From positions 62,001 to 126,000 of the forward strand of contig NIVC01000075.1 in assembly GCA_002269645.1 (NCBI GenBank): a DNA stretch of 64,000 nucleotides, in the 5' to 3' direction. The position numbers and the translations under genes were made by a program. How positions within the stretch are numbered: the stretch's first letter is position 1; the number at the start of each line of letters is the position of its first letter. Positions 22,995 to 35,960 of this stretch are shown here, piece by piece. Origin of the DNA: Macrostomum lignano (taxonomy: Eukaryota). Under the pieces are notes generated by a model. It was given only the letters and a program-made list of their open reading frames with translations. It was not told the DNA's origin and searched no databases.

Positions 22995-24640
22995 ATGAAA
23001 AAAATTATCATAACATTGATGCGTCAATACTTATTGAGTTGTCGCGAGCGGCTGCGTCTCCGGGCAGGCCAGCTCAATGCCATCGCCCGTCGCTATGGTG
23101 TGAACATTGATGGAGCCAGAGCTGCAATGCGTGGCTGCTCCATTGCTGCCTTCTTGGACATCGCATCATCCAGTTTGTTATTGTGCGGCATTGGCTACTC
23201 ACTGTACAGTCGAGGCACTGAAGCCATTAGACTGTATTGCTTCTCGGGTGCTTGTTTGGCCATATTCTGCTTATTAATTGCTCTGCAAGGCAAGAGTCGA
23301 TTGTTATCCATCCTGGCACAGGCCAGGCCTATACTATATCACCTGTGGATTGGTTATTTTCTTGGTCTGGGCTGTTTCCACAGCGCCAGTTTAGAAACTT
23401 CGTTTGATGGCGACGACGCTGGCAGGCGTATTGCAATCGGCGGGATCAGAGCTAAGCCTATTGTCGTTGGACCGCTGCATCCTATTAGCAGTGAATCAGT
23501 TGAGCAGACAATCAACTGTCTGATGCTGCTATCGGTGCTTGCATCAATGCTTCGCTCTGTCATTGTTCGCATTGTCTATCCGTTGACTGTGTCGCGCAGA
23601 CAGTCCGCCGCGGCTGGCGCTGATGCCACCCTGCCGAAAACGGTAGACGATCTAACTGCAGCCGATGGCAGCGAAGGACTCATCGGGGAGGCGATTGGGA
23701 CCGGTAGGGACAGCGGCAGCTCGCAATACTGCAGCCTGCTAAGCAAACAGGAACTGTGGGAACAGATTGGATTCTCAATATCTTTAATTGAACAATCGCA
23801 TTGGTGGGAATTGGCTCTGTTTAACGCTTGCCTATGCTTGACTATTGTTTTATTGCGGCTGCGCTCTTGGCTAGCGGTGGCTAATGCTCTGCTATTATCT
23901 GCGGCCTGCGTCTATCTATTGCATTCGATTCAGCTGCACGCTAGTTTAACTCCGCTACTAATGTATCTGTATAGGCAGCTGGGCGCCGCTCTGATAGATT
24001 CCGGATCGGCTTCAGTTGTAGAACTGTGGTGGTCTGCTTGGCAGCGTTGGTATTTGCATCATATTGTGTACGCGATGCTGCTGTGCTTGGATATATCAGC
24101 TCTAGCGATTGGAGCTACAGTTGTTGTGGCTCATCCTCAGCACGTGCTCATGCTGCCATTCTACGCTGTGTCGGCTTGCCCTTATCTTGCATTCCACCTA
24201 GCCCGACTGTTACTGTTGCACCAGTTCACTAGGCGATTGTGCCGGCTGTTTAGACAGTTTGAGTCGAAGCCCACTGCTCAGTCGGCACCAGCACTGTTGG
24301 CAGCTCGCGGACTCAGATACTTGGCACAGTTAGGCTGCAGACTGCTATGGCTTAGCTTATCATCCAGCTGTCTGTTAGTCTGTCTGACCTGGGAGACTCG
24401 ATCTCCAGCTTCTCTAGCTCTGCTAGCTATTGGAATCTCCTGCGATGCCGTGCTGTTGGCCACTTGCACCAGACTGACCGAATGCATTGGCGGTACCTGT
24501 CTAGCCTACGGTTTGGTTAGTCCCGAACTGCCCCCTGGTGCTAGCACTGGCTTTTTCAACAATGTCGGAGGCGGTGGCGGCAGCGGCAGTACTGTGGTGC
24601 TGCTGCAGAGTCCGACTGCTCATCGGGAACAGCTGGCAAG
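22995..24640 (+). CDS. TMEM168: TMEM168 orthologue, coding exon 1 (multi-pass TM region)
   Basis: LYHLWIGYFLGLGCF, ELWEQIGFSI, LRLRSWLAVAN, AARGLRY and CIGGTCLAYGLVSP match recalled TMEM168 motifs. Donor AAG|GTTTGT after 24640 (phase 2). Start is ATG 22995 or 23019. Confidence 0.88.
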
Positions 24641-24709
24641 GTTTGTTGGGTGTATTTTTATGCTTTTGTACTTGATTGTTAAACCAAGACTTACACAGTA
24701 AAGGTTTTC

Positions 24710-25240
24710 CCAAGAATCACACCAGAACAGCTTCTAAGAATCAGAGAACAGTTTCTAAGAATCATTCAGCAACATTTTCCAAGAATCACACTTGAACAGC
24801 TTCCAAGAATCAGAGAAAAGTTTCTAAGAATCGGAGAACGTTTCCAAGAATCACAGATGAAGCTTCTAAGAAAAAAATTTCCAAGACACAATTACGATTT
24901 CTAAAAATCAAGCATTTTTTTCTAAGAATCACACAAGTACAGCTAAGAATCAGAGAAATTTTTATAAGACACTCAAATGCAGTTTTTAAGAATGAGACAG
25001 AAACGGCTTCTTAGATCTAAGAAGCCGTTCTAGAATCTCACGTTGATGTTTTCTAGGAATCAGTCTAGCCAGTTTATAAAACATTTCCCTGAACTATAGA
25101 AATTCCTCAATAAAGCTAAAATGCTTTTAAGAATCGCTACGAACCCATTTCTGATAAAAATCGCCCAAACGTGGAACAGTTTATTTAACCGGCTTCTGAG
25201 CATTTCCAGGAAATCGCTATTTCAAATACTTCTAAGAAAC
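24710..25240. repeat. Degenerate TTCTAAGAATC-type repeats in TMEM168 intron 1
   Basis: Recurrent (T)TCTAAGAATCA motifs. Confidence 0.7.
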
Positions 25241-25255
25241 GCGCCTACTTTCCAG

Positions 25256-25776
25256 GTGCACCCGTCAGCTGGACAGCATCCAGTACTTCTTCAGCAGCCA
25301 TCTATTAACCAGCTTCGGCTGCGATTTGAACAGTTCCGGTTTATCTCGCGATTTAGTTCAACAAAAATTGCGCCAATTTTTCTGTCAACGCACGCCAGAC
25401 AAGCAGCGCTACGATACGTACGTTGTGTACTATTGCGGACCGACTGACTCGGCCGGCGCCTGGGCCTTCTTTGGCGGCGCCTGTCTGGGCCTGGAGGCTC
25501 TGCTGCAATTGTGGAGGGAAGCAGCCACGGCTTCGGAAGATTCCGCGTCTGCCTCCGATGACGAAGAAGGTCGCGGAGACGAGAGCCGCCTGCTGCTGGT
25601 TGTGGACTCATCCAATGGGCACCGGTGGCTGTCGGCAGTGCGCAGTCTGCCTAGGAATGTCTGTCTGGCATTGCAGACTCACAACGGACAGTTGGAAGAG
25701 TTTACTAAATTGTTTACTAGCGAATGCGAGCAGGCGGCTGCTCAGCAGCAGGAGCTGCTGCGGGCCGCTAAGACTG
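25256..25776 (+). CDS. TMEM168: TMEM168 coding exon 2
   Basis: Acceptor CTACTTTCCAG|G, phase-compatible with exon 1. QLDSIQYFFSSHLLTSFGCDLNSSGLS, RYDTYVVYYCG and SRLLLVVDS match the family. Donor ACTG|GTGAGA (phase 1). Confidence 0.9.
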
Positions 25777-25885
25777 GTGAGACTTATAGAAGTATTTGTT
25801 CACATTCTCCGAATTCTAGTTCTAACGCTCTAGAAACATTTCCCAATCTCAGCTTCCCATTTCACCTATGGGAATCCACTGTCTA

Positions 25886-28170
25886 GTTTACCTTCCCAGA
25901 TCCCCATTTGCCCTCCCTGATCCCCATTTGCCCTCCCTGATCCCCGTTTGCCCTCTCATTTACCCTTCTAGATCCCATTTACCCTCCTAGATCCCCACTT
26001 ACCCTCCCAGATCCCCATTTACCCTCCTAGATCCCCACTTACCCTCCCAGATCCCCATTTACCCTCTCTGATCCCCATTTACCCTCCCAGATCCCCGCTT
26101 ACCCTCCCAGATCCCCATTTGCTCTCCTTGATTCCCGTTTGCCCTCATTTACCCTTCTAGATCCCATTTACCCTCCTAGATCCCTACTTACCCTCCCAGA
26201 TCCCCATTTACCCTCCTAGATCCCTACTTACCCTCTCAGATCCCCATTTACCCTCCTAGATCCCCACTTACCCTCCTAGATCCCCACTTACCCTCCCAGA
26301 TCCCCATTTACCCTCTCTGATCCCCATTTACCCTCCCAGATCCCCACTTACCCTCCCAGATCCCCATTTGCCCTCCTTGATTCCCGTTTGCCCTCATTTA
26401 CCCTTCTAGATCCCATTTACCCTCCTAGATCCCTACTTACCCTCCCAGATCCCCATTTACCCTCCTAGATCCCTACTTACCCTCTCAGATCCCCATTTAC
26501 CCTCCTAGATCCCCATTTACCCTCTCTGATCCCCATTTACCCTCCCAGATCCCCACTTACCCTCCCAGATCCCCATTTGCCCTCCTTGATTCCCGTTTGC
26601 CCTCATTTACCCTTCTAGATCCCATTTACCCTCCTAGATCCCTACTTACCCTCCCAGATCCCCATTTACCCTCCTAGATCCCTACTTACCCTCTCAGATC
26701 CCCATTTACCCTCCTAGATCCCCACTTACCCTCCTAGATCCCCACTTACCCTCCCAGATCCCCATTTACCCTCTCTGATCCCCATTTACCCTCCCAGATC
26801 CCCACTTACCCTCCCAGATCCCCATTTGCCCTCCTTGATTCCCGTTTGCCCTCATTTACCCTTCTAGATCCCATTTACCCTCCTAGATCCCTACTTACCC
26901 TCCCAGATCCCCATTTACTCTCCTAGATCCCCACTTACCCTCCCAGATCCCCACTTACCCTCCCAGATCCCCATTTACCCTCTCTGATCCCCATTTACCC
27001 TCCCAGATCCCCACTTACCCTCCCAGATCCCCATTTGCCCTCCTTGATTCCCGTTTGCCCTCATTTACCCTTCTAGATCCCATTTACCCTCCTAGATCCC
27101 TACTTACCCTCCCAGATCCCCATTTACCCTCCTAGATCCCTACTTACCCTCTCAGATCCCCATTTACCCTCCTAGATCCCCACTTACCCTCCTAGATCCC
27201 CACTTACCCTCCCAGATCCCCATTTACCCTTTCTGATCCCCATTTACCCTCCCAGATCCCCACTTACCCTCCCAGATCCCCATTTACCCTCCTAGATCCC
27301 CACTTACCCTCCCAGATCCCCATTTACCCTCTCTGATCCCCATTTACCCTCCCAGATCCCCGCTTACCCTCCCAGATCCCCATTTGCCCTCCTTGATTCC
27401 CGTTTGCCCTCATTTACCCTTCTAGATCCCATTTACCCTCCTAGATCCCTACTTACCCTCCCAGATCCCCATTTACCCTCCTAGATCCCTACTTACCCTC
27501 TCAGATCCCCATTTACCCTCCTAGATCCCCACTTACCCTCCTAGATCCCCACTTACCCTCCCAGATCCCCATTTACCCTCTCTGATCCCCATTTACCCTC
27601 CCAGATCCCCACTTACCCTCCCAGATCCCCATTTGCCCTCCTTGATTCCCGTTTGCCCTCATTTACCCTTCTAGATCCCATTTACCCTCCTAGATCCCTA
27701 CTTACCCTCCCAGATCCCCATTTACCCTCCTAGATCCCTACTTACCCTCTCAGATCCCCATTTACCCTCCTAGATCCCCACTTACCCTCCTAGATCCCCA
27801 CTTACCCTCCCAGATCCCCATTTACCCTTTCTGATCCCCATTTACCCTCCCAGATCCCCACTTACCCTCCCAGATCCCCATTTGCCCTCCTTGATTCCCG
27901 TTTGCCCTCATTTACCCTTCTAGATCCCATTTACCCTCCTAGATCCCCACTTACCCTCCTAGATCCCCACTTACCCCCTCCCAGATCCCCATTTACCCTC
28001 CTAGATCCCCACTTACCCTCTCAGATCCCCATTTACCCTCTCTGATCCCATTTACCCTCCCAGATCCCCACTTACCCTCTCAGATCCCCATTTACCCTTC
28101 TAGAACCCTATTTGCCCTTCCAAATTTCTGTTTGCCCTCCCATTTACCCTCCCAGATCTCCATCTACCCT
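25886..28170. repeat. ~20-bp pyrimidine-rich satellite (AGATCCCCAYTTACCCTCCY) with 249/209-bp higher-order units, TMEM168 intron 2
   Basis: Marker variant GATTCCCG at 26130, 26379, 26588, 26837, 27046, 27395, 27644 and 27893. Confidence 0.96.
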
Positions 28171-28315
28171 ATCGAATCCTCATATTGAATAGCTTATTTT
28201 CATCAATCTCCGTATTTGTTCTCCCAAATCCTCAGACTCCCATTAAGCCTCCAACATCCCCAGTAAGCATCCCCAGACCTTCACAAGTCAGGCGCCGCTC
28301 CCTCCCCCGCCGCAG

Positions 28316-28602
28316 GCAAGCGACCGGGCAGACTCGGTCTCCAATACGCGGTGTCCCGAGCCTGGGTGGACTTCAAGCTTACCCGTCCAAGCCAGTCTGG
28401 CGCCCGACAATTCTGGGACTCGGCTCTGCCCAGGCCCTGCCGCTGCCTGCTGCCGGCACTCACAGCGAGTTGCCCTCTGCTCAGGGCGCCGTCGCTGCGT
28501 CTGGTCAGTCCGCTGTGCAACGCCGTCCGACGCCTGAGAATGCGCCTGTGCCCGCCCGCCGCTCTGGATACTGGGCTGGGATTTCGACTAGTGCAACTGT
28601 AG
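28316..28602 (+). CDS. TMEM168: TMEM168 terminal coding exon 3
   Basis: Acceptor CCTCCCCCGCCGCAG|GC (phase 1; in-frame alternative starts at 28277 and 28292). QYAVSRAWVDF...LDTGLGFRLVQL* matches the recalled TMEM168 C-terminus (LDTGQGFKLV). Confidence 0.85.
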
Positions 28603-28754
28603 GGCATTAGAGATGTCGGCCGTTGGGATGTCTGGGTTGCAATTACGAGCTAAAATGCGCAATTAGTCAGGTCTTTTACCATCAGAGACCTATCATAAGA
28701 TTCCCAGTTATGCTTGCAGATCTTTTTTTACTCTTTAACTCATTTGCCGTCTCA

Positions 28755-28985
28755 GATCCCCATTCATCCTTAAAGATCCTCATTTACCCTCCCGGAGTCT
28801 TATTTGCCCTCCAAAATCCTCATTTGCCCTCCTAGATCCTCATTTATCCTTACAGATCCTCATTTACCCTCCCGGAGTCTTATTTTCCCTCCCAGATACT
28901 CATTTATCCCTACAGATCCTCATTTATCCTTCGAGATTCTCATTTACCGCCCTAGATCTTTATTTTCCTTTCCAGATCCTCTATC
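28755..28985. repeat. Degenerate copy of the intron-2 satellite downstream of the stop codon
   Basis: AGATCCTCATTTACCCTCCC-like units. Confidence 0.8.
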
Positions 28986-31900
28986 ACCCTAAAAATGACT
29001 GTTATTATCTACTATAAATCATGTTAATGTTTACTAATTATTACCAGTTTTGTTGTGCGTGTATTTGCAATATCAAATTAAAATAGTTGGTTTTTTGTAC
29101 TTGTTATGTTAATTGGTTTTCGGAATTAATCTCTCATGTATACCGTATTCTATTGTGTAATTGATTGTTCTGTTTGATTGTAACTACTGTAATGCCAAGT
29201 TAGCTACAGTATAACAAATAGTTTTGTGCATTTTTACGAATGCGTGTGTCTGTTTTAGTTCTTAAATTTTTTATATTCTTTTGTATCTAGCTTTTCTAGG
29301 CGTCAGAATTACTTACTGACTTAGATGCACTTTAGACGCAACTCGGTGATTTTAACTCAGATACGACTGTAGGGCTCCAGAGCCACAAGATTATTGATAC
29401 TTTATATAAAATAGAATTTCAATAAATATGGATATTAAATTTGGTAGTATTCAGTTAAAAAAACCGGGTGCCAAGTTCAGGATGGCAAAACTCAATTTGA
29501 TACAAGTGGCACGCTGTAACACAGAAAGATAGTTCTGTATTTATAGTGGCATTGTGTCTACCGGTCTGTGTTCAATTTATGTTGTAATCATAATAGTACA
29601 ATAGTACTCGTATATATTATTAATAAAAGCTCACCTTTATCCTTATAATCCTTATAGCTAGATATTTCTTACCAATGGAATCCTTCATTGGAACTTGATA
29701 AATAAAACAAAATATTTCTGAACAAATCTTATAATGTTTTATTAAAGCTTTTTAAATTAAATTACACCTTTATACTGTACTTCACTTACCCAGAATTGCT
29801 GGCGTCTCTGTCAGTGTGGCATTCCTTTTTTTCATTTCTTTCGTCTACTAAGTCTTCATAATTCTGGCATCTTCCTTATTCTAACATTGGCATTTTCATG
29901 CAAAACCTTGTTTAGCGTTGGAGCAAAAATTCTGAAACCTATTGTTGCGCTATTGAGATATATAATTATATCATTGTATACTATGTGACAGTTATTTTTA
30001 CTGGCATATTTATTGTTGTAAAAATGCTTTTTAGCGGCAAAAGTGTTTTTAACTTTCATTTTAACTGCGCCAGTTTGGTGAAATACAATTTGCGGCAGAT
30101 GTATTATTGTGTAAGACTAACCTATCGTAGATTGTAGCTGCTATTTGCGCTACCTACCTACTTAACAGTTTTGTTCAGTAGTCTAGTGGGGATAGTTTTT
30201 TCTTGGTTAGATAATAAATTTAGCGCATTAGAAGACGCGTAATCTCTTTATCAAAACTTGAAGCAGCAAATTCTTGTGTGCAGCAAGAAAGCGATAGGTG
30301 TATGCATATGTGTGCTCTTTGGCAACTGATGATGGTCATGTTAACTAGCTTAGCAGTAGTAGGATATATATGTAAATCTGCGCTGCAGATTTAGATGCAG
30401 ATTTATCATCTAGCTCGCACTGTGTAAACATAACTGGCTGGGCGGGCGGGCGTGGGATTATAAAAAAAATCATTCCCAGTTGCAGCTTTTTGGCTCCCTA
30501 AGTTTACATTTAGCCTGCCGCCCGACCCGGACAAATACTTGTCCATATGGTGGCGCGCAGGCCTGATCGGGGCCATAGCGGAGATGTTATCTTATAAACT
30601 AGAATTCTGCCGGCTTATTTCTCAGTCTAGTATTTCTTTCTTGGAACAGAAATGGATATTCAAGTGGATAGGGGATGCGTATTTAATGTATGTTCTTTCC
30701 TTCCTATCTGTGACAGTGTTAACATCGGCTTAGAGATTTTCAGACTCGACTTATTATTCATCATTTATCTTTCGAGCTGAAAGGTGGGTGGACAGAGAAC
30801 GACCCCCGTCGCTGAGTCTCCTGGACGTACATTGGCCCTGGAAGTTGTCGTGCAGTACGAGTATGTACATGCAATACACGAGCTTGCAAAAGCTACTGAA
30901 GTTATTTTCAACTTTTACGCGGGCAGATGCTATGTAGGGGCTTTGATGGATTAGCCAGATATTAGCTATGATGACTAGGTCAGGCGGGGATTAAGGCAGA
31001 CAGAATGTAGTCTCTGTCACTACCAGCTCAGCGGGTCATTAAAGTGTCCTCAGCTATACTGCTGCACCGATCTCTCTTATAGCAGGAAACATGGTGTTGT
31101 TTTTACTTCATAATCTATAAGCTCTGCTCGCTAATAATTGTATATTTTTTACGGTGGGTACTGCTGCTGCAATTTATAGCTTCAGTGCCTCTCGATTTCC
31201 GGGATGGCTTGCCGCGCATATTCAGCAAGCCGGTAGGATAATAAATAAAGCTGCGTGAGTCTCCGCTTTGTGTGAGCACGGCAGGAGAAATTGCATTAAA
31301 GCGGCCCCGCGCGAGCACACGATGCCTCGAGCTCGCGGCTCCAAAAAGCGGGGACCACGATATTTCGCGGGATAATATTAAGGGAAGGTTTAGGAAGTGC
31401 GAACCTCCCACCGCTGGGATAGGATCCCTCGCGCAGCTATAGTCAACGAGAGAGATGGGAGTTGGGAGGGCCTCTCCTCACTATTTAGATTTTTAGTCGC
31501 GGTAATCACATCTGACATTGGTTGGCCGTATAATCTAACTCGAGGATCTCGCCTTGTCGTATTATTACATCCTCACTCGCCCTCCAACCCCTGCGTGTTA
31601 AGCTCACGGTGGTAGCCAGCTCCCTATACTGAGGAAGCCGCGGTTTTATATATTATTATTAAATTAAATTTTCCCGCGCGCTCTGCCTCCCAAATTTCGA
31701 CGCTTTCGGTTTTTGTATAGCGGCCGAAGAGGTGGCGGGGTTGGGGCATTGCGGCTGGCTGCTGGTCACTTCGCTTCCTCTCAAGGTGCGAGTGGCGAGC
31801 CTGCATGCAGTCTCCAGCTGGTTCTCTCTTATCTGGGCCTGGCAATCTTTCATTTACTATGTAGCCTCCAGGCGTCGCCATGCATGCGCTCCTGGCTACT

Positions 31901-32009
31901 GGCTTTGTGCTGATTTTTACTCGGTGCCTTTTTCCTGGATTTCTCCTCGCTGCTAAGGGCTAATTTTATCATGTTATTACTGACCAAGTGTCTCTTCTGA
32001 TGTCTCTCT

Positions 32010-32635
32010 GCTTGTCTGTCGGTCTTAGTGTCTTTCTGTCTGTCTGTCTATCTTAGTGTGTCTGTCTGTCTTCGTGTTTGTCTGTCTGTCTGTCTGTCTG
32101 TCTATCTTAGTGTCTGTCTGTCTTTCTTAGCATCTGTCTGTCTATCTTAGTGTCTGTCTGTCTTTCTTAGCATCTGTCTGTCTATCTTAGTGTCTGTCTG
32201 TCTTTCTTAGCATCTGTCTGTCTATCTTAGTGTCTGTCTGTCTTTCTTAGCATCTGTCTGTCTATCTTAGTGTCTGTCTGTCTTTCTTAGCATCTGTCTG
32301 TCTATCTTAGTGTCTGTCTGTCTTTCTTAGCATCTGTCTGTCTATCTTAGTGTCTGTCTGTCTTTCTTAGCATCTGTCTGTCTATCTTAGTGTCTGTCTG
32401 TCTTTCTTAGCATCTGTCTGTCTATCTTAGTGTCTGTCTGTCTGTCTGTCTGTCTATCTTAGTGTCTGTCTGTCTTTCTTAGCATCTGTCTGTCTATCTT
32501 AGTGTCTGTCTGTCTGTCTGTCTGTCTTTCTTAGCATCTGCCTGTCTATCTTAGTGTCTGTCTGTCTTTCTTAGCATCTGTCTGTCTATCTTAGTGTGTC
32601 TGTCTGTCTATCTTAGTGTCTGTCTGTCTGTCTAT
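32010..32635. repeat. (TGTC)n-derived 40-bp tandem repeat
   Basis: TGTCTGTCTGTCTTTCTTAG+CATCTGTCTGTCTATCTTAG with a 40-bp period. Confidence 0.93.
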
Positions 32636-33295
32636 ACTGCTGCTAACAATGTGTTATTTCGCTGATGCATAGTTGATCCAGCCATTGGCACTTCAGACTC
32701 GGGAGTGGATGATGCAATCCGTTGGTACTCCAGGTTTAAAACTCCATGGTGGGGAAGTCCATTAGTAGATTACGCGTAGTTTCAGCTTCGCCTATTTTCA
32801 CCTAAACGCTGATTCACAGCCTGATCAAACATTGTGCGTCAGTTTTTATCTGTCTCTGTTTAAAGCCGCAGCAAAAGCAGGCTTGATTTTTGTGCTTCTT
32901 CAAGTTTTTAACGCGTTTCCTTCTATTTGCCTGTCTTCTTCTTTATCGATATGTGACGCGCAATAAAAGGGGTTAATGTGCAGCCAGGCGTTAAGTGCCA
33001 GGGTGGCTGCACAGTTACCTGCTGGTGTGATTGATGCGGTCTGTCAGCCACTTTCAACTGCATGTTGCTCAGCCAGGGTGACCTGACAAAAGGTGGCCTA
33101 GCGTTAACTTTAGATGGATGCTCATTGTTGCCGGTATTTGCAGCTGTAACTTTCTTATCTTGCTTTTCAAATACAAAGGCTTGCTAATGGATGAATCGGA
33201 TTGAAGGGGTGACGCGTCTGAATCCCAATTATTGCACAGTTCACCTTGCTTAGCGGGACCTATTATCAGCAATTGTGCCTGCATATGTGTCTTCG

Positions 33296-33668
<373 letters not shown>

Positions 33669-35232
33669 TACTGCTACTGTATATTCCCAGGGATACCTCA
33701 AACCGGTCTGGTTAGTCACGATAGAGCATAATAAATTTCAAGCAGTCAAGCAATAATGCATCGCCCTGCAGTCCCCAACATAGACAGTCAGCTGCGGCAG
33801 GCAGCAGACGAACAGCTGACAGAGTTACCAGCGGGTCGTGCAGTCTCTGGTCAGCCAGCCAGGTGCCTGAAGCGGCGAGAGCTCCGCAGTGGCGTCAGTA
33901 GGAAACAAAGGGTCTCCAGTCTGCCAAGATCATGCCCGATGCCTTTTACCGCCTTGGTCAATGATGGCGCCCCCACCGGGCAGCTTGTTGAGGCGAGGGC
34001 CTGCTCTGTCAGCGCTAATTATCAAGGAGTTAAACGATTCGCTGTTGAGGCACTTAGCAATTGATGATGTTGCATGCAGAAATAATTTGCAGCTGTTCGT
34101 AAGAAATCACTTGTCTATTCCAGTAACTGTTTAATATTCTTACACATTTGGTGACCAACAGAGTCTTTTGACTATCCATCCAAAATTCAGGAGCGGAGCG
34201 GCAGTCTTGGCTCCGTATTGCATAGATCGCGGAGTTACTTACCGGCTTGGCAACAAAAAACTAACAAAACTTGACAAATAAAAACAATAGAAGTCGAGGG
34301 GCAACAGAGGTCAAGCGTCAGTTACTGGTTTCGGCATTGGCCCTGTCAAACAAATGTCTGACTGGGGAAATGGGGAGACGTGTACTGTGTAGCCAGTTAC
34401 TGTTTTTACTGTTCCAAAAATGGGTTTATTGACAGGCGTGCTGTGTCACTCATAGCTATCATGGAGCTGGCGGGTGGGTGTGTCGGATTGCTGATATGAC
34501 TGCGGACGGAAGCAGAGGGGCAGAGAGGGAGAGGAAGAGGTAGAGAGGGAGTGGTAAATGGGCAGTGGAGAGGAAGATGGGGGTAAAAGGGGAGTGGAGA
34601 GGGAGAGGTAGGGTTAGAGGGGGAGTAGAGAGGGAGAGAGAGAGAGAGATGTAGAGACACGGAAAATTCAATACCGTAAGGTGACCTAGACAGAAGATAA
34701 TAGGAAAAGCTATAAATACTCCGAGAAGAAAACACAACAAAGATCATCGCGTGCCAGCACGTTTGGCACTTTCTTGATCCTCGGCAGGCATTGTCTCTTT
34801 TGCCGGCAAAGCACGGGAAATTTTTGCTTTTCTTTGCGATTTCCCCAAGTCTTGTTTTTTCTCTCTTTCAAGCGTCGTCCTTCACATCCAACGGCAAGGC
34901 ACTGGCATTGCTGTTTACAAACAACTGGGAGCGTAGATCGCTGCAATTGTGAATAGATTTAAAAATCGTGAGCCTTGTCAATCACGGAATCAAATCAAAG
35001 CAGCAGGTGAGTAGGAAGGCCTGCTCAGAAAACTGATGGCATCTCTTGGCGGCAACGTTTTGTGCCTGTTTTGCTTTGAGATTGTTCGAATCAACACGAT
35101 ATTTTCCCCTTTCCGTTTTTGCTCCGCCGTGCACGGATTAGCCGCGGAAGCACGAGATTCTTGATGTGGATCCTGCAGCCAAGGAGACTTTGAAGCAGAA
35201 TCTGGAGCAGCAATTTTTCCTGCGGGTCGCAT

Positions 35233-35960
35233 GACTTAAGCGCGCAGGACGCAAGCGCGCAATTAGTAAACATATTTCTTTGACTTGAGCGCGCAGGACG
35301 CAAGCGCGCAATTAGTAAACATATTTCTTTGACTTGAGCGCGCAGGACGCAAGCGCGCAATTAGTAAACATATTTCTTTGACTTGAGCGCGCAGGACGCA
35401 AGCGCGCAATTAGTAAACATATTTCTTTGACTTGAGCGCGCAGGACGCAAGCGCGCAATTAGTAAACAGATTTCTTTGACTTGAGCGCGCAGGACGCAAG
35501 CGCGCAATTAGTAAACAGATTTCTTTGACTTGAGCGCGCAGGACGCAAGCGCGCAATTAGTAAACATATCTCTTTGACTTGAGCGCGCAGGACGCAAGCG
35601 CGCAATTAGTAAACATATTTCTTTGACTTGAGCGCGCAGGACGCAAGCGCGCAATTAGTAAACATTTATTTGACTTGAGCGCGCAGGACGCAAGCGCGCA
35701 ATTAGTAAACATATTTCTTTGACTTGAGCGCGCAGGACGCAAGCGCGCAATTAGTAAACATATCTCTTTGACTTGAGCGCGCAGGACGCAAGCGCGCAAT
35801 TAGTAAACATATTTCTTTGACTTGAGCGCGCAGGACGCAAGCGCGCAATTAGTAAACATATTTCTTTGACTTGAGCGCGCAGGACGCAAGCGCGCAATTA
35901 GTAAACATATTTCTTTGACTTGAGCGCGCAGGACGCAAGCGCTCAATAAGTAACATATTT
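35233..35960. repeat. 49-bp CpG-rich minisatellite, ~15 copies
   Basis: GACTTGAGCGCGCAGGACGCAAGCGCGCAATTAGTAAACATATTTCTTT. Confidence 0.97.

Noticed and set aside
22983-24701. ORF-track boundaries (GTG start; tail FVGCIFMLLYLIVKPRLTQ) as the real protein ends
   Set aside because: GTG/TTG starts are artefacts of a bacterial-style ORF caller, and homology continues via splicing at 24640 to 25256.
28236-28262. 27-nt microexon between CTCAG and GTAAGC in TMEM168
   Set aside because: It would introduce an immediate TAA in the required phase, and the downstream gap to the next acceptors is very short.
29856-30059. Minus-strand ORF/exon near a GTAAGT donor (~29789)
   Set aside because: No recognisable homology and no consistent acceptor or frame.
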